A DNA stretch of 64,000 nucleotides from Octopus vulgaris (taxonomy: Eukaryota). Position 1 is the stretch's first letter. Every line of letters starts with the position of its first letter. The stretch covers positions 123,256,001-123,320,000 of the forward strand of contig OX597816.1 of assembly GCA_951406725.2 (NCBI GenBank), in the 5' to 3' direction. Under the pieces are notes generated by a model. That model did no database searches. It was not told the origin of the DNA and worked only from the letters and a program-made list of their open reading frames with translations. Positions 28,960-41,345 of the stretch are shown piece by piece. The translations under genes and the position numbers were made by a program.

Positions 28960-29519
28960 CTGTTTTCGTTCCAGCACACGATCTCAGATCAAGTCACTTG
29001 CTATGCAAGTACATCTCTGTAACTATATATATATTTATATATATATATATATATATGTATATTGGTAAAAACAGTAAGATAACAAAAGAAAGAAAGAGAC
29101 CTCAATATTATGTAAATAGAGGAAATCTTTATATATAAAAGTGAGGTTGTGTGTCTGTCTCCTACGATTTAGATTCCTAACTACTCCCACATTTTGCGGT
29201 GCAGTTTTACCAAAACCGGGTATCTTATAGTCGTGATTCATATCGAGACCGTCTGGGTATTAGCGCGCGTCTACGATGAGTCTACGATTTAAAAAAAATT
29301 TACCATCAATTTTTCCCATTTTTAATCCATTTTTGACATATATAAGGGAAGTAACTCTCTAAAATTTATTATTAAATCTCAGAACGTAAAAAGCTACAGT
29401 AACACCCCTCCCCCTTTGTGGTTAGCCATATTGAGATGGCTATTATACTTTACATCTCTAAAAATGCTTATATAATTATTTCCCTTACAAACCCGAGCAA
29501 CGCCGGGCGATACTGCTAG

Positions 29520-29897
29520 TCTCTTATTATAAAAGGCAGATTTTATCTGCCTCCCTTTGGGAGTTATACAAATCTACAATATAGGATTTCTTCAATTACA
29601 ATTTACCTGGCATTTTTAAGAGTACAATGCATCGCGTCATGCCAGGTCCAGTTTTTAAAATTTAAACTCCAATTAAGCAAAATTTACAGAAAACTCACAT
29701 TCTGGTGTGTGTGTCAAATGCTTTTCTTAGTCTGGTTTACACCACACGCAAACGCACACACACAGTGGGCAGCGAATAAAATGAAAGTAATTTACTTACT
29801 GTAGTGAGTGATTCTTTCACTCTGCCTCCCACTTCTTCTTTCCACACAGACACGCAAATATGTAAATAAAATTGTAAGCTAACGTGCGTGTGTGTGA

Positions 29898-29932
<35 letters not shown>

Positions 29933-31662
29933 TGAGGGTGCGCGTGTGAGTGTGTGTGTGTGTGTACGTGTGCGTGAGTGTGTGACAGGAAAGTTTTTTA
30001 CGACGAATATAAGTAGCAGAAAGATAAGACAGTAAGGTGTGATTTGAGGGAGATTTGGCTGCTATTTCTACCATGTCTAGCTGCCATGTAGGGGTCTCCC
30101 TCATAGGCTCATACATACATATATACATAGATAAGACAGTAAGGTGTGATTTGGGGGAAATTTGGCTGCTATTTCTACCAGGTCTAGCTGTCATGTAGGG
30201 GTCTCCCCCATAGGCTCATACATACATATATACATAGATAACACAGTAAGGTGTGATTTGGGGGAAATTTGGCTGCTATTTCTACCAGGTCTAGCTGCCA
30301 TGTAGGGGTCTCCCTCATAGGCTCATACATACATATATACATAGATAAGACAGTAAGGTGTGATTTGGGGGAAATTTGGCTGCTATTTCTACCAGGTCTA
30401 GCTACCATGTAGAGGTCCCCCTCATTGGCTCATATATATATATATACATACATAAGACAGTAAGGTGTGATTTGAGGGAGATTTGGCTGCTGTTTCTACC
30501 AGGTCTGTTAGGCCTTCTCATGTAAACTCAAGCTTTCTCATGCCTTCAACATATGACCAAAGCAGAGAATGTATTCTTTTATTCTTCTGCTTTTTCCAGC
30601 CATTGGTCTGTGGCCATGCTGGGGCAATGCCTTGAAGAATTGTAGTTTAATGAATCAACTCCAGTTTTATTTTTGTAAGCATTGTACTTATTCTATCTGT
30701 TTCCTTTGTCAAACCACTAGGTGACAGGGATGTAAACAAACCAACATTCGTTGTCAAGCAGTGGTGGAGGACAATCACAAGCACAGACACGCACACACAC
30801 ACACATACATGCATACATATATATATATGTGTGTATATATATATTGCAGCGTGGAAGGTGTTTGTAAGCCATTTAAGAAACACACAAAAACCGTTACATT
30901 CACTTCAACATTTAAATTTCATTTGCCAAAATATTTTCGTCGCTTTCAGACCGCGACCTGTTCACTGACAAAAATATCGTGCTAACAGGTCGCGGTCTCA
31001 AAGCGACGAAAATATTTTGACAAATTAAATTTAAATGTTGAAGTGAATCTAACGGTTTTTGTGTGTTTCTTAAATGGCTTATAAACACCTTCAACGCTGC
31101 AACTGTTTTCGTTCCAGCACACGATCTCAGATCAAGTCACTTGCTATGCAAGTACATCTCTGTAACTATTTATACATTTATATATATATATATATATATG
31201 TATATTGTTAAAAACAGTAAGATAACAAAAGAAAGAAAGAGACCTCAATATTATGTAAATAGAGGAAATCTTTATATATAAAAGTGAGGTTGTGTGTCTG
31301 TCTCCTACGATTTAGATTCCTAACTACTCCCACATTTTGCGGTGCAGTTTAACCAAAACCGGGTATCTTATAGTCGTGATTCATATCGAGACCGTCTGGG
31401 TATTAGCGCGCGTCTACGATGAGTCTACGATTTAAAAAAAAATTACCATCAATTTTTCCCATTTTTAATCCATTTTTGACATATATAAGGGAAGTAACTC
31501 TCTAAAATCTATTATTAAATCTCAGAACGTAAAAAGCTACAGTAACACCCCTCCCTCTTTGTGGTTAGCCATATTGAGATGGCTATTATACTTTACATCT
31601 CTAAAAATGCTTATATAATTATTTCCCTTACAAACCCGAGCAACGCCGGGCGATACTGCTAG
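29520..31662 (+). mobile_element. Composite non-autonomous Helitron, copy 2 (2143 bp), head-to-tail with copy 1
   Basis: Junction CTAG|TCTCTTATTATAAAAGG at 29519/29520, ends CTAG|T at 31662, and is near-identical to copy 1. Confidence 0.88.
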
Positions 31663-34590
31663 TATATATATATTTGTTTTTTTATATGAATAAATGAAAG
31701 AATGGAGTTGAACGACGATTTAACAAAATTCCTTTATTCTCGACATATGCTTTGAAGTCTGCATATTCCTAATTTCGAAGGAATAAGGGGTGCATTATGC
31801 TGCCTTCTCATCAGGAAAGACAAGGAACTTATGTCAGCATCATGATGAACAAAAACTTTTAGATGACTGCTCACACGGAGTCCATAGCGATAATGAGTGT
31901 TTCTTTAAAATATTCCGTTTAAGCAGTGACGTCAAAAATGGTTGAATGTAGAGGATTCTAGAAAGTTCAAGAGTTCAAACAAGGTTGGAAGGGGAGAGAT
32001 CTAAGAATAGGAAGGTGACAGGGTGCAAGTCATATGAATGGTAATGTGTTGTTGTTTGCTTTTTCTAATGAGATTGAGTGCCTATGTGTGTGTATGTATA
32101 TAACTGCATTCGTGTCTATGTGTGTGTATGTGTGTGCGTGATTGTGTGTGTAGATGAGTAGATGTCAAAAACAACTATTGGTGAAGTGACAGGTTTGTGT
32201 CTGTGTGTTTGATTGTGCTTACGATAGAGAGAGGGAGAGAGAGAGAGGAGGGAGAGGTAGAGAGACAAAGGTAAAACATACCCCAACGAATTAGGTAGTA
32301 GTCCTTCATGAGTATAAAAAATTTGTCTATGGTGGTGTTGTATAAGTGGAACCAAATTATTAAATTCAAGGAGGTTATCTATATTAATCATCATTCATAT
32401 GAGTGAAAGGTGTGTTTCTGCCAGTGCATGCACCTATAGGATTTTTCAACCATTGTATTTACTAAAGGGAATTTGGCGAAAAGTATATGGAAAAGTTCGG
32501 ATTTACAGACGCCACAAAATTTTCTGCCCTTATCAAACGGAAAGGATACAGACAATATGGACCATTCCAGCTTGAAAGTTATATTGCTGTCCTTAAGACG
32601 CCAAACTAATTTACTTAGTCCTGTGCTTTGTTGTTTTCTCTTATCTCGGAAAGTTGAATAATGATTGGAAATCCTCTGGGCTAATTTAGAAGTAGTAGCC
32701 CCAATGTAGAAGAAGACACCGGTGCCGGAAGAAATTTTACACTGGTAAATGGAATTTCTAATTTTGGAATTGCTGGACAAGAACTTTAATCTGTTAGGGT
32801 TTACCTCCGAGACTAAGACGGAGTTTTTTACTGTTATGATTGCTGTTAATATTAATATTATTGCTAGCATTGACCACTATACTATTCCTGTTATTGTCAT
32901 TACTATTAATTGTACTATCGTCGGCAATTTCTCTGACTATAGGAATGCTGGGGTTGTTATCATCAATACTACCACTGTTATTAGAAATGCTGTCGTTACT
33001 ACCACTAACACTACCACTGTTAATAATCCGACTAATATTACTATTAATATTACCATTGTTAATGCCAACGCTGCTATGAATGTTGCTATTATCAATACTA
33101 TTTCTATTATTATTATTATTGTATGTTTGGTTGGAATTGGTAAGAGCAGTATCATAACTCCCGGGTAATGAATCCTTATTTAGCAGCTTGTTATTATGGG
33201 AGGCAATAATTTGCGATAGATTTCTAGTGTTAGAGAATGCAATCCTTACCTTATGCGAATTGATAGTAGAGTAATACCTAGAATTCCTGGGAAAGTTCCT
33301 AGCTACGGCTTCACGGAACTGTAAAGGAAGGTTTGACCTGATTTGTTTCCCAAAAGGTATGACAAACCAGATATAGTTTTTTGTGGACTTAGAATTGTTC
33401 AGAGTGTTACCATTTACATTAAAGAGAATATTTCTGTGCTGGAAAATTGGTGTTGGTTGCCGATTGCCTCCCCTGGTCCATAAATTATTTTTCTTAAGTA
33501 TAGTGGTGTCGACGTTGTTAGAGCTGAAATCATTATTCACATTATTTCTATTGTAATTAGTTTTCTTATCCTGAGAAGCATATATTGGTTTAGAATGCGC
33601 CGGGTCGATATATGATACTTTATCTCTATAACCGGCTTTTGACAAGAAGGCGTTATAAAATTCCGCTTTTTGGTTAAAGATGTCGACATTAGCAGATAAT
33701 TTTGACAGTCTTAAAGAAATATTTTTAACTAAATTATCGGTAATAGTTTTGGCATGGTTACTGAAAATGCCGATATATTTAAGATTAGTAGAAGGCTTAT
33801 GATAAGGGAAGTAAGAATTATTCTGCAGATTTAGGGTAACATCTAAGAAGTTGGCTTTAGTTAATTCGTCGTCAAAAACTATGCTCAAGCCCATTCTGCT
33901 AAAAAAACTAGCTAATCTGTTTTTAGCCTTCTGTATCCTATTGTTCGGAGCATTCTGTTGGTAAAGTAGACAATCGTCTCGATATAGACCGCCGCAGATG
34001 TCCGGGAATTGGTCGGCCAATTCATAGAGAATATAGATTCCGACCAAATCGGCTATCTGGGCGCTATCTGTACTTCCCATTAGCACATCGAACGCATTGG
34101 GGGTATCTCTGTGGACCCATAACTTATCATTGAACTGTATGAAAGATTTTCTAGCCGCTAAAATCACATTAATTTCCTCTCTGGAGAGGCCTGCCTTATT
34201 ATGTGCGTGCCATAGGACTTTATTGAGCACACTAGGGTTGATCGAAGAGTAGAAACTAGATATATTGAATTGTATGAATTTTGTGTTGTCCTTATTAGTA
34301 ATAGAAGTAAACCACTCTACGACTTGAGTAGAGTTAGACCATAAGCTGAGTTTTAACTTACTGATTAATATAGGTATGTATTTATCTAAAATGTACTTAC
34401 TAAGGGTCTTTCATTTATTTGTATTAAAAAAAACACAAAGTTCCACACGAAAGCACGTGATCTCTGCCCTTGGCATGTAGCTTCAACAGTGTTTTTCTGA
34501 TGTGAATTTGCTACCCGTGTATTGGTTAACCGAATTATCCATACTAGGATAATTCATTCAACTACTTAAATATATTTTGCTATGTATATA
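31663..34590 (-). mobile_element. 5'-truncated Penelope-like element, Naiad-like (RT, thumb, C-terminal GIY-YIG)
   Basis: RT motifs FNISSFYSSI, FDVLMGSTDSAQIADLVG, GGLYRDD, FLDVTLNL, YHKP. Endonuclease SIYQCKI...YIGAT...STGLSKLVWRLKD...CGVCKSE...RCMH in a shifted frame (32391-32870). The 3' repeat has a hammerhead relic (31737-31820) and an inverted piece of the 3' end lies near 34405. Confidence 0.88.
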
Positions 34591-35240
34591 TCGTCATCAT
34601 GAGCATCATAATCATAACCTAACATTCGTCTTCCATGCTGGTATTCATTAGAGAGTTTAAAGAATCTGATTAACCAGAGCTCCAATGTTTGTATTGGTTT
34701 GGTTCCACTGGTTGGATATTCTTCCTAATGCCAGCCAATTTACAGAGTGTACTGGGTGCATTTTTCTTCTTGTGTGTGTGTGTGGCACTGACACTAGTCA
34801 GGTTTCCAAATAGCTCACAATGCTAGCCACCTGACTGGAATGGAGCATCATACTGTATTAAGGTAGCTGGCTTTGAGCCAGGTTTTGAGAGGTTAAAGTA
34901 TGATAGAATGACATGAATATTACTGCTTTTATGTTCAGTTATAAGAAAAAAAAACAATTTTATATTAATCTGAAGGGTCATTCCATACATTGTAAAGAAC
35001 AAATTTATTATTCTTTGACAAGAATAGAATTGGAAGTTACTTTGAAGTTTCAACCAGTTAAGCTGTTTGGTTGGCTAAAACTTCAGTCACTATTAATACT
35101 GTTCTGCTGGTTTAAGAATAATATAACCATACATACATACATACATACATACACACATATATGCATGTGCGTGAGTTGTCTAAGAGACCATAAGTCAGGG
35201 AAAATATGCACTCGTATATCTGTCAGTAGAGTGGGTACAT

Positions 35241-35718
35241 TATTCGAAATGTATTGTATTAAATATCCATCATGGCTGATCTTACCAATCAGTTTTGCAT
35301 AAAGAATACAATGGAGTGTTAGGTAACAGGCTGATTATATAACTTTACACTCATCAGAGTTAGCCGATATGAAAGGGAATATGGAGACTGCTCACTTTTG
35401 TTGAAGGTGGATTAGCACAACTGGTCAGGGGCTGCTGTGACAAAGGTGGTAGAATGAAAAGGGCCAGGACATAACTTCTAAACTAATACCCTGGCCCTTT
35501 TTCATTCCATGACCTTGTTCATGGCAGCCACTGACAAGATGTGAAAATCCATCTCTGACAATAGAGAGCAGTCGCCATATTCCCTTCCATATTGGCTAAC
35601 TCTGATGAGCATAAAGTTATATAATCAGTTTGTTACCTAACACTCCATTGCATTCTTTATGCAAAAATGGTTGGTAAGATCAGGTGAGATGGATATTTAA
35701 TACTATACATTTCAAATT
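35241..35718. mobile_element. Fold-back of two inverted Penelope-like pLTRs (about 228-bp arms), each with a hammerhead relic
   Basis: Arms about 35241-35468 and 35490-35718. CTGATGA gcataaag...ctttatgc AAAA at 35602-35666 (+) is mirrored at 35293-35357 (-). Homologous to the pLTR at 37410-37535. Confidence 0.85.
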
Positions 35719-37097
35719 ATATACACATATACATATATACATACATATATATAAATATACACACGTATATATATATATATAAACACGCATATGTGTGTGC
35801 TTGCATGTGTGTGCATACATGTGTATGCATGCATGTGAGAGTGTGTTTATGTAAGTATCTACATACACTTGCGAGTGGATATGCATGCTCAAATATCTAC
35901 ACAATCATACACAAACACACAAACAATTAAATGTGTGTAGCAATAGTGGAAAGAGACATTTCCCACAAAGATATATTATCACGTAACCACTTATTCAGCC
36001 ATGTATTCATAATGCCATATTTATTCTTGTTCTATGGAAGGTACAGAATTCTTAGCATTCTACACCCTACTCCACCCGATTTAAATAACAACCTTCTTTC
36101 TCATAGTGTTATTCCAAGTGAATTATTACCACCACCAATACCTTTGATGACATTGTCATTGGAATCATCAAAATTTTGTCATTGAGGGTGTCATCAACAT
36201 CATTATTGTTGTGTTCTTACTATCATTGTTTCATCATTGTCATCATCAATTTAGCCATTATTGTGATTTCACTATCATCATGAAAAAGGCAGTGAGCTGA
36301 CAGAATCATTAGCCCACTGGATGAAATGATTTGTGGTGATTTGCCTGTTGCTATATTCTGAGTTCAAATTCTGTCGAAGTTGACTTTGCTTTTCATCCTT
36401 TTGGGGGTCAATCAATAAATTAAGTACCAGTGGGTCTTTTATATATATATTATATATAGTCAATTCGAGGATGCCAGGTCCTCATTAGGGATTAAATAAT
36501 CTAAACATTTCACTGTTTAATCACTATCATATTAGGAGAAAGTCATGGCAATATGTTAGGGATTATTATAGTAATACATATTGTTAATAATGAAAGAAAG
36601 AAATGGAGAATTATGGATGCATAAATAATTTATTTGTATGATATAATGAAGTTGAAAGTTTTTTTTATAAAAATACTACAAATAAATTATAAATTATAAA
36701 GCTCTAAAAGAAATGGCAGATGTCAAAACTCTACATATATGATTCAATTCATGCCTCTAGGTGATTCATAATTTTAAGCATTGGGGTAGGGTCATATGCT
36801 AAGAATTAGTCATCACTTTCATCAGGGCCTTATGAGCTTATACAACAAAGGTTAACATATTTCTTGAAAGGATGCACTTAATTTTAAAATCTACTTTTCC
36901 ATGCTTCTATGGGACAGAGTTTTATTGAGGTAGATGTCATTTTCTGTTTCCAAATAGGATAACATTTCTACATGGTCAGATATGTTTCTGCAAACTATTA
37001 GAAATGAATGAGACTAATTGTATGACAATAACACTCATTTACAATTATCATGTACTGTCATAAAAGGAGACACAAACATGCACAGAACACACACATG

Positions 37098-37137
<40 letters not shown>

Positions 37138-37409
37138 CACATGCACGCACACATGCACAAACACACATGCACAAACACACAAACATATATACGCACGCTA
37201 GATTTCTGTGCAGTTTATTGTGTACCAAATTCCACTCACTCTATCAAATTCACTTCAAAGCTCGAGCAGAAGGCACTTGGCAAATGTTCCAAACAGTGGA
37301 ATCAAATACAAAACCATGTAACTGTGAAGCAAACTTCTTGACCATAAATCTAATCTTATACCTATATATATATAATGATGTGATGATGATGATGATGATA
37401 TATATATAT

Positions 37410-38470
37410 TATTTGAAGTGTATAGTATTATATATCAATTAGGGCCGATCTTACCAATTGGTTTTGCACTTGGGGGTTCAATGGAGTGTTAGGTAACATC
37501 CGATTATGTATCCCTGCACCCTTCAGAAGATTAATAAATGCAGGCATATATCTAGAAAGCTCTCAGTATTAAGTGAACTTGGTTAACTGCATCAAGCAAT
37601 CAGATATCAATAAATTCAAATAGAATTAACATCCAAGGTAATTTCTCATGTATGATAGCCAAATCCAAATATCACTTAGAAGAATTTTAAGAAATCTGGT
37701 GTATATAGTAACATGAACAAGGATGGTGAAAATCACATCTATAATTGATAATACACCATACATCACTGATGATCATTTCTCTTATGCCAGAATATTTATA
37801 TATAAATAAAAGGTACAAAATACCAGTCAAACCTATATATCTAAAAATTTATGATAACACGTTATCAAGGTAACCCAGAATGAGCAAAATTCAAAGTGAA
37901 CTGAGATAATATCTTTAATACATGAATGCATGCAAAAAGAATGTTAAGAAGAAATATAATGTTCTAAGAAAAGCCAGTTTAATATTTAAACCTATGATGA
38001 TATCAGTAGATAATAATAGAATAATGAACATAGGAATTTTAGGCATGGCATTTCGTTATTCAGCTATTTATACATGCTAAAAAAAGATTAGAAAAATTAT
38101 GCTTATTAGATTATAGGAAAAGCAAATATAATTAAGGCATTATTTACTATTAAAATATTTAAATGCTTTTCTATATTTTTGAATATATTTCAGAATAAGA
38201 CTGGTTCTACTATTTAATAGTTTTAATTTTGAAATAATTATATAATATATTTCCTCCAGGCAAAGATCACATTTTAAATTATCAGTGTTGTATGATGGAG
38301 CATTATTAATAATGGACCACTTTATATCATAGTTAATGTTCCTGTCTTTCAAATCCCAAATGCATTTGCTATGATTCATAGAATTACATTTTCTTCTAAA
38401 CTTAAATGAAGCGCAGTGGTTATAAATATATATTAGTTTTCTCTAGAAATATAAGATATATTCACACTCT
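37410..38470 (-). mobile_element. 5'-truncated Naiad-like Penelope element (endonuclease C-terminus, 3' UTR, pLTR)
   Basis: SKCIWDLKDRNINYDIKWSII...CDLCLEE...LLNSR at 38140-38379 (-). Hammerhead relic CTGAAGG...AAAAccaaTTggt at 37450-37531 (-). Confidence 0.75.
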
Positions 38471-38807
38471 TTTCAAAGGAAGATTTCTGTTTCATCAACT
38501 TAATGTTAGGAAAGTGGAGATGCTAACATGGTAAAATGTATGTCAAAAAGAAAAAGTAGACAGCTGCTTCAAAACGTAAATAAAAAAAAATTGTCAGAAA
38601 TGTCTAAACTTACAAATTCTCTTCTCAGAGATGCTATGTTTATAAAGTAGATGGCAAAACAAAACCCAATTTTTAATTCATCCTTAAACCAAAAAGCAAA
38701 TGTTATATAAAGTAAATGGATTTAATGTTAGTTTTGACAATAAATATTCTAGCCATTTGATTAAAGTATGAATTGCAGAGTATTCCAAAGACAGTTAAGA
38801 GAGGGAA

Positions 38808-39115
38808 GGTCCGTGGCTCAGTAGTTAGGGGTATTCAGCCCATGAGCGTAAAGTCATGAGTATGATTCCTGACAGTGCATTGTGTTCTTGAGTAGGGCAC
38901 TGTACCTCACCTTGCTACAGTCCACTCAAAATGAGTTGTAGCTGTAATTCAAAGGGACCAGCCTTGTCACATTCTGTGAGAGGCTGAATCTCCCTGAGAA
39001 CTACGTCATGGTATATATGTCTGTGGAGTACTCAGCCCCTTGCACATTAATTTTAAGAGCAGACTGTTCTGTTGATCAAATAATCAGGAACCTCATTGTA
39101 ACTGATGGTGTACCA
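38808..39115 (+). mobile_element. tRNA-derived SINE
   Basis: gtggctcagtagttagg head and gtgttcttgagtagggcac...ccactca body. Partial copy at 39655-39775. Confidence 0.7.
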
Positions 39116-40214
39116 TATTTTAAAATGAGTGAAAGGAAAGGAAATGTTCCGTATTGTAAGGCGAAAATGTTATATGTTTAGTATAACCCTTTAGTGTTCT
39201 GATTATTCTATCAAACATAATGCCTATTGATTCCCATTGATTTGAATTAATCATGCATTATCTCATATCTTCAAGATCTTGATGGTGCAATTACCTAATG
39301 TAGAATAACATTGTAGGGTAGGTGTGAGAGCCTGGATCTGGTCAGTTTGAACATAAAATAGATTAAATATTTTGGCCGGATATGGCCGATTTAAATACTA
39401 AAGGGATAATCAGTGACAGCTAAGACGAAATAATTGCTATTCCATCATGTAGTGACTTTGCCCTGGGCTTACACTCAGTTTGCTAACAGCCTGCACATCG
39501 GTGTTTACCTGGGGGCTTGGCCTCCAGATCTGTGAGACCCACAAATGCCACTATCAGGACCGGATTAACACCCATAGTGATCCAGCAACTAAAAAGATTT
39601 TCCTGCCCCTATATAGGATCTTTTTTCGTTTTCTTCCAACCACTTGAAAGTTTATCTTGCTCCAGTCCACTCAGCTGACCAAAATGAGTTGTAGCTGTGT
39701 GAGGCTGAATCTTCCTGAGAACTACGTTAATGGTATGCATGTCTGTGGGATACTCAGCCACTTGGGAGTTAATTTTATCTTAGTGTGACAATGAAAAGTG
39801 GAAGAGACATCTAATATTTGCTGTAGTTATTTGTCTTTGATTTAACTACGTATCTATGTATCAACTTTTCTTTCAATCTATGTACTGTCTCTCTCACTTC
39901 CCCTCCTTCTTTTTCTCTTTGTCTTTCCTCTCCCACTTTTTATTTTAACGTGTGTATGTATCTACTTTTCTTTTGATGTATGCATCTCACTTCAACACTT
40001 TGCCAATCACTTCAGCTGTACCTCCTCTGCTTAATACTTTTTATTTCTCTTTTTCCTTGTACCTCTCCATTCACCATTTTCACCTCTTTGTTTCAAGTAA
40101 GTGTGACACACACCAAAGGTACATACGTACAAAAACAAAAAGTTGGCATATTAATATTATTGATGATGATGATGATGATAATAATAATATCAGTCATAAA
40201 TTACATCTTCAACA

Positions 40215-41345
40215 TAATAATAGTGAATTGAGAAACTTAGATAGAAAAACCAGAAAATGATTAACAGCATACTGAAGTCACCACCCCAAAGCAGACACAG
40301 ACAGAATATATCTACCCCACTCAGAAGGAAGCTGTAGCCTGATGCAGATAGTGAACTACAATAAAATAACAACAGTTGGACTAGAAAAGTACTTAGAAAC
40401 AAAAGGTGGAAGACTACTACATGTAATGATGTAACAAAAGAAAATGCTTTTCTCTATACACAAGGAAGCAACAAAATACAAAACAGAAACAAACTACACT
40501 GATACACTGACCTGAGATGACAACAGCAGAAATGGTCAAAAAGACAGAAAAATAACATGAAAACAGAACTACAAAACATACTAAAGAAGAATAAAGAGAA
40601 AAATTCACTCCATGGCCAATACCCTGCAAGGCTTGACAGAGAAAAACATGAGACTAATTAAAAACCAACAATAGCTCAAAAGCTCTGGGCTAAAAGCTGA
40701 AACAGAACAACTAATTCTCGCTGTACAGGACCAATGCCTGACTACAAAATAATGAAAACAGGCCATAACACCAAATGCTGAATGTACAACCAGGACAATG
40801 AGGCAGTTGACCACATCATCTCTGACTGTCCAGCCCTTGCCAAATCTGAATATATACACAGACATGACTGAGTAAGTAATTATTTTTACTGGACAATATA
40901 CCAACACTACAACATGAAAATTAACAAGAAATGGTATAAGACATGTGCCAAACAAGGTGCATGACAACGACCAGGTCACAATCATCTGGGATATGTCTGT
41001 TCAAACTGACAAAGAAATAAAAGCTAATCATTCAGACATAATAATCAAGGATTGAAAAAAAAGCACCTGCAAATTGATAGATATTGCAATACCTTCTGAC
41101 CAGAATATCACCCAAAAAGAAGTGGAGAAATTGTCAAAGTACAAAGATCTTGAAATTGAAGTATCCGAGATGTGGGGCATGAATGTAAAAATGTCAATAG
41201 CAATAATTGGAGCATTGGGAATGGTAAAAAAACATACGGACAAAACGTAGAAGCTATACATGAATCCTCAACACAACACACTGTCCAAAAAATAGCCCTG
41301 CTAGGAACAGCCTACATCCTACACAAGACACTATCAATTCAATAA
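40215..41345 (+). mobile_element. Degraded R4/Dong-like (restriction-like endonuclease) non-LTR retrotransposon 3' region
   Basis: LKAETEQLILAVQDQ, CCHC remnant VDHIISDCPALAKSEYIHRHD, and IWD...ANHSDIII...LIDIAIPSDQNITQKEVEKLSKYKDL...IGALG, with stops and frameshifts. Confidence 0.8.

Larger units (their letters stand above)
27337..29519 (+). mobile_element. Composite non-autonomous Helitron, copy 1 (2183 bp)
   Basis: A|TCTCTTATTATAAAAGG ... CCCGAGCAACGCCGGG hairpin ... CTAG. Contains a 107-bp tandem array, a SINE piece, a fold-back and an inner Helitron 5' end at 29126. Confidence 0.88.

Noticed and set aside
32391-34400. Selenocysteine recoding as reported for some Naiad elements
   Set aside because: No in-frame TGA at Cys positions in the visible RT or endonuclease frames. 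The TGA at about 51307 in the Neptune copy replaces a Trp and looks like decay.
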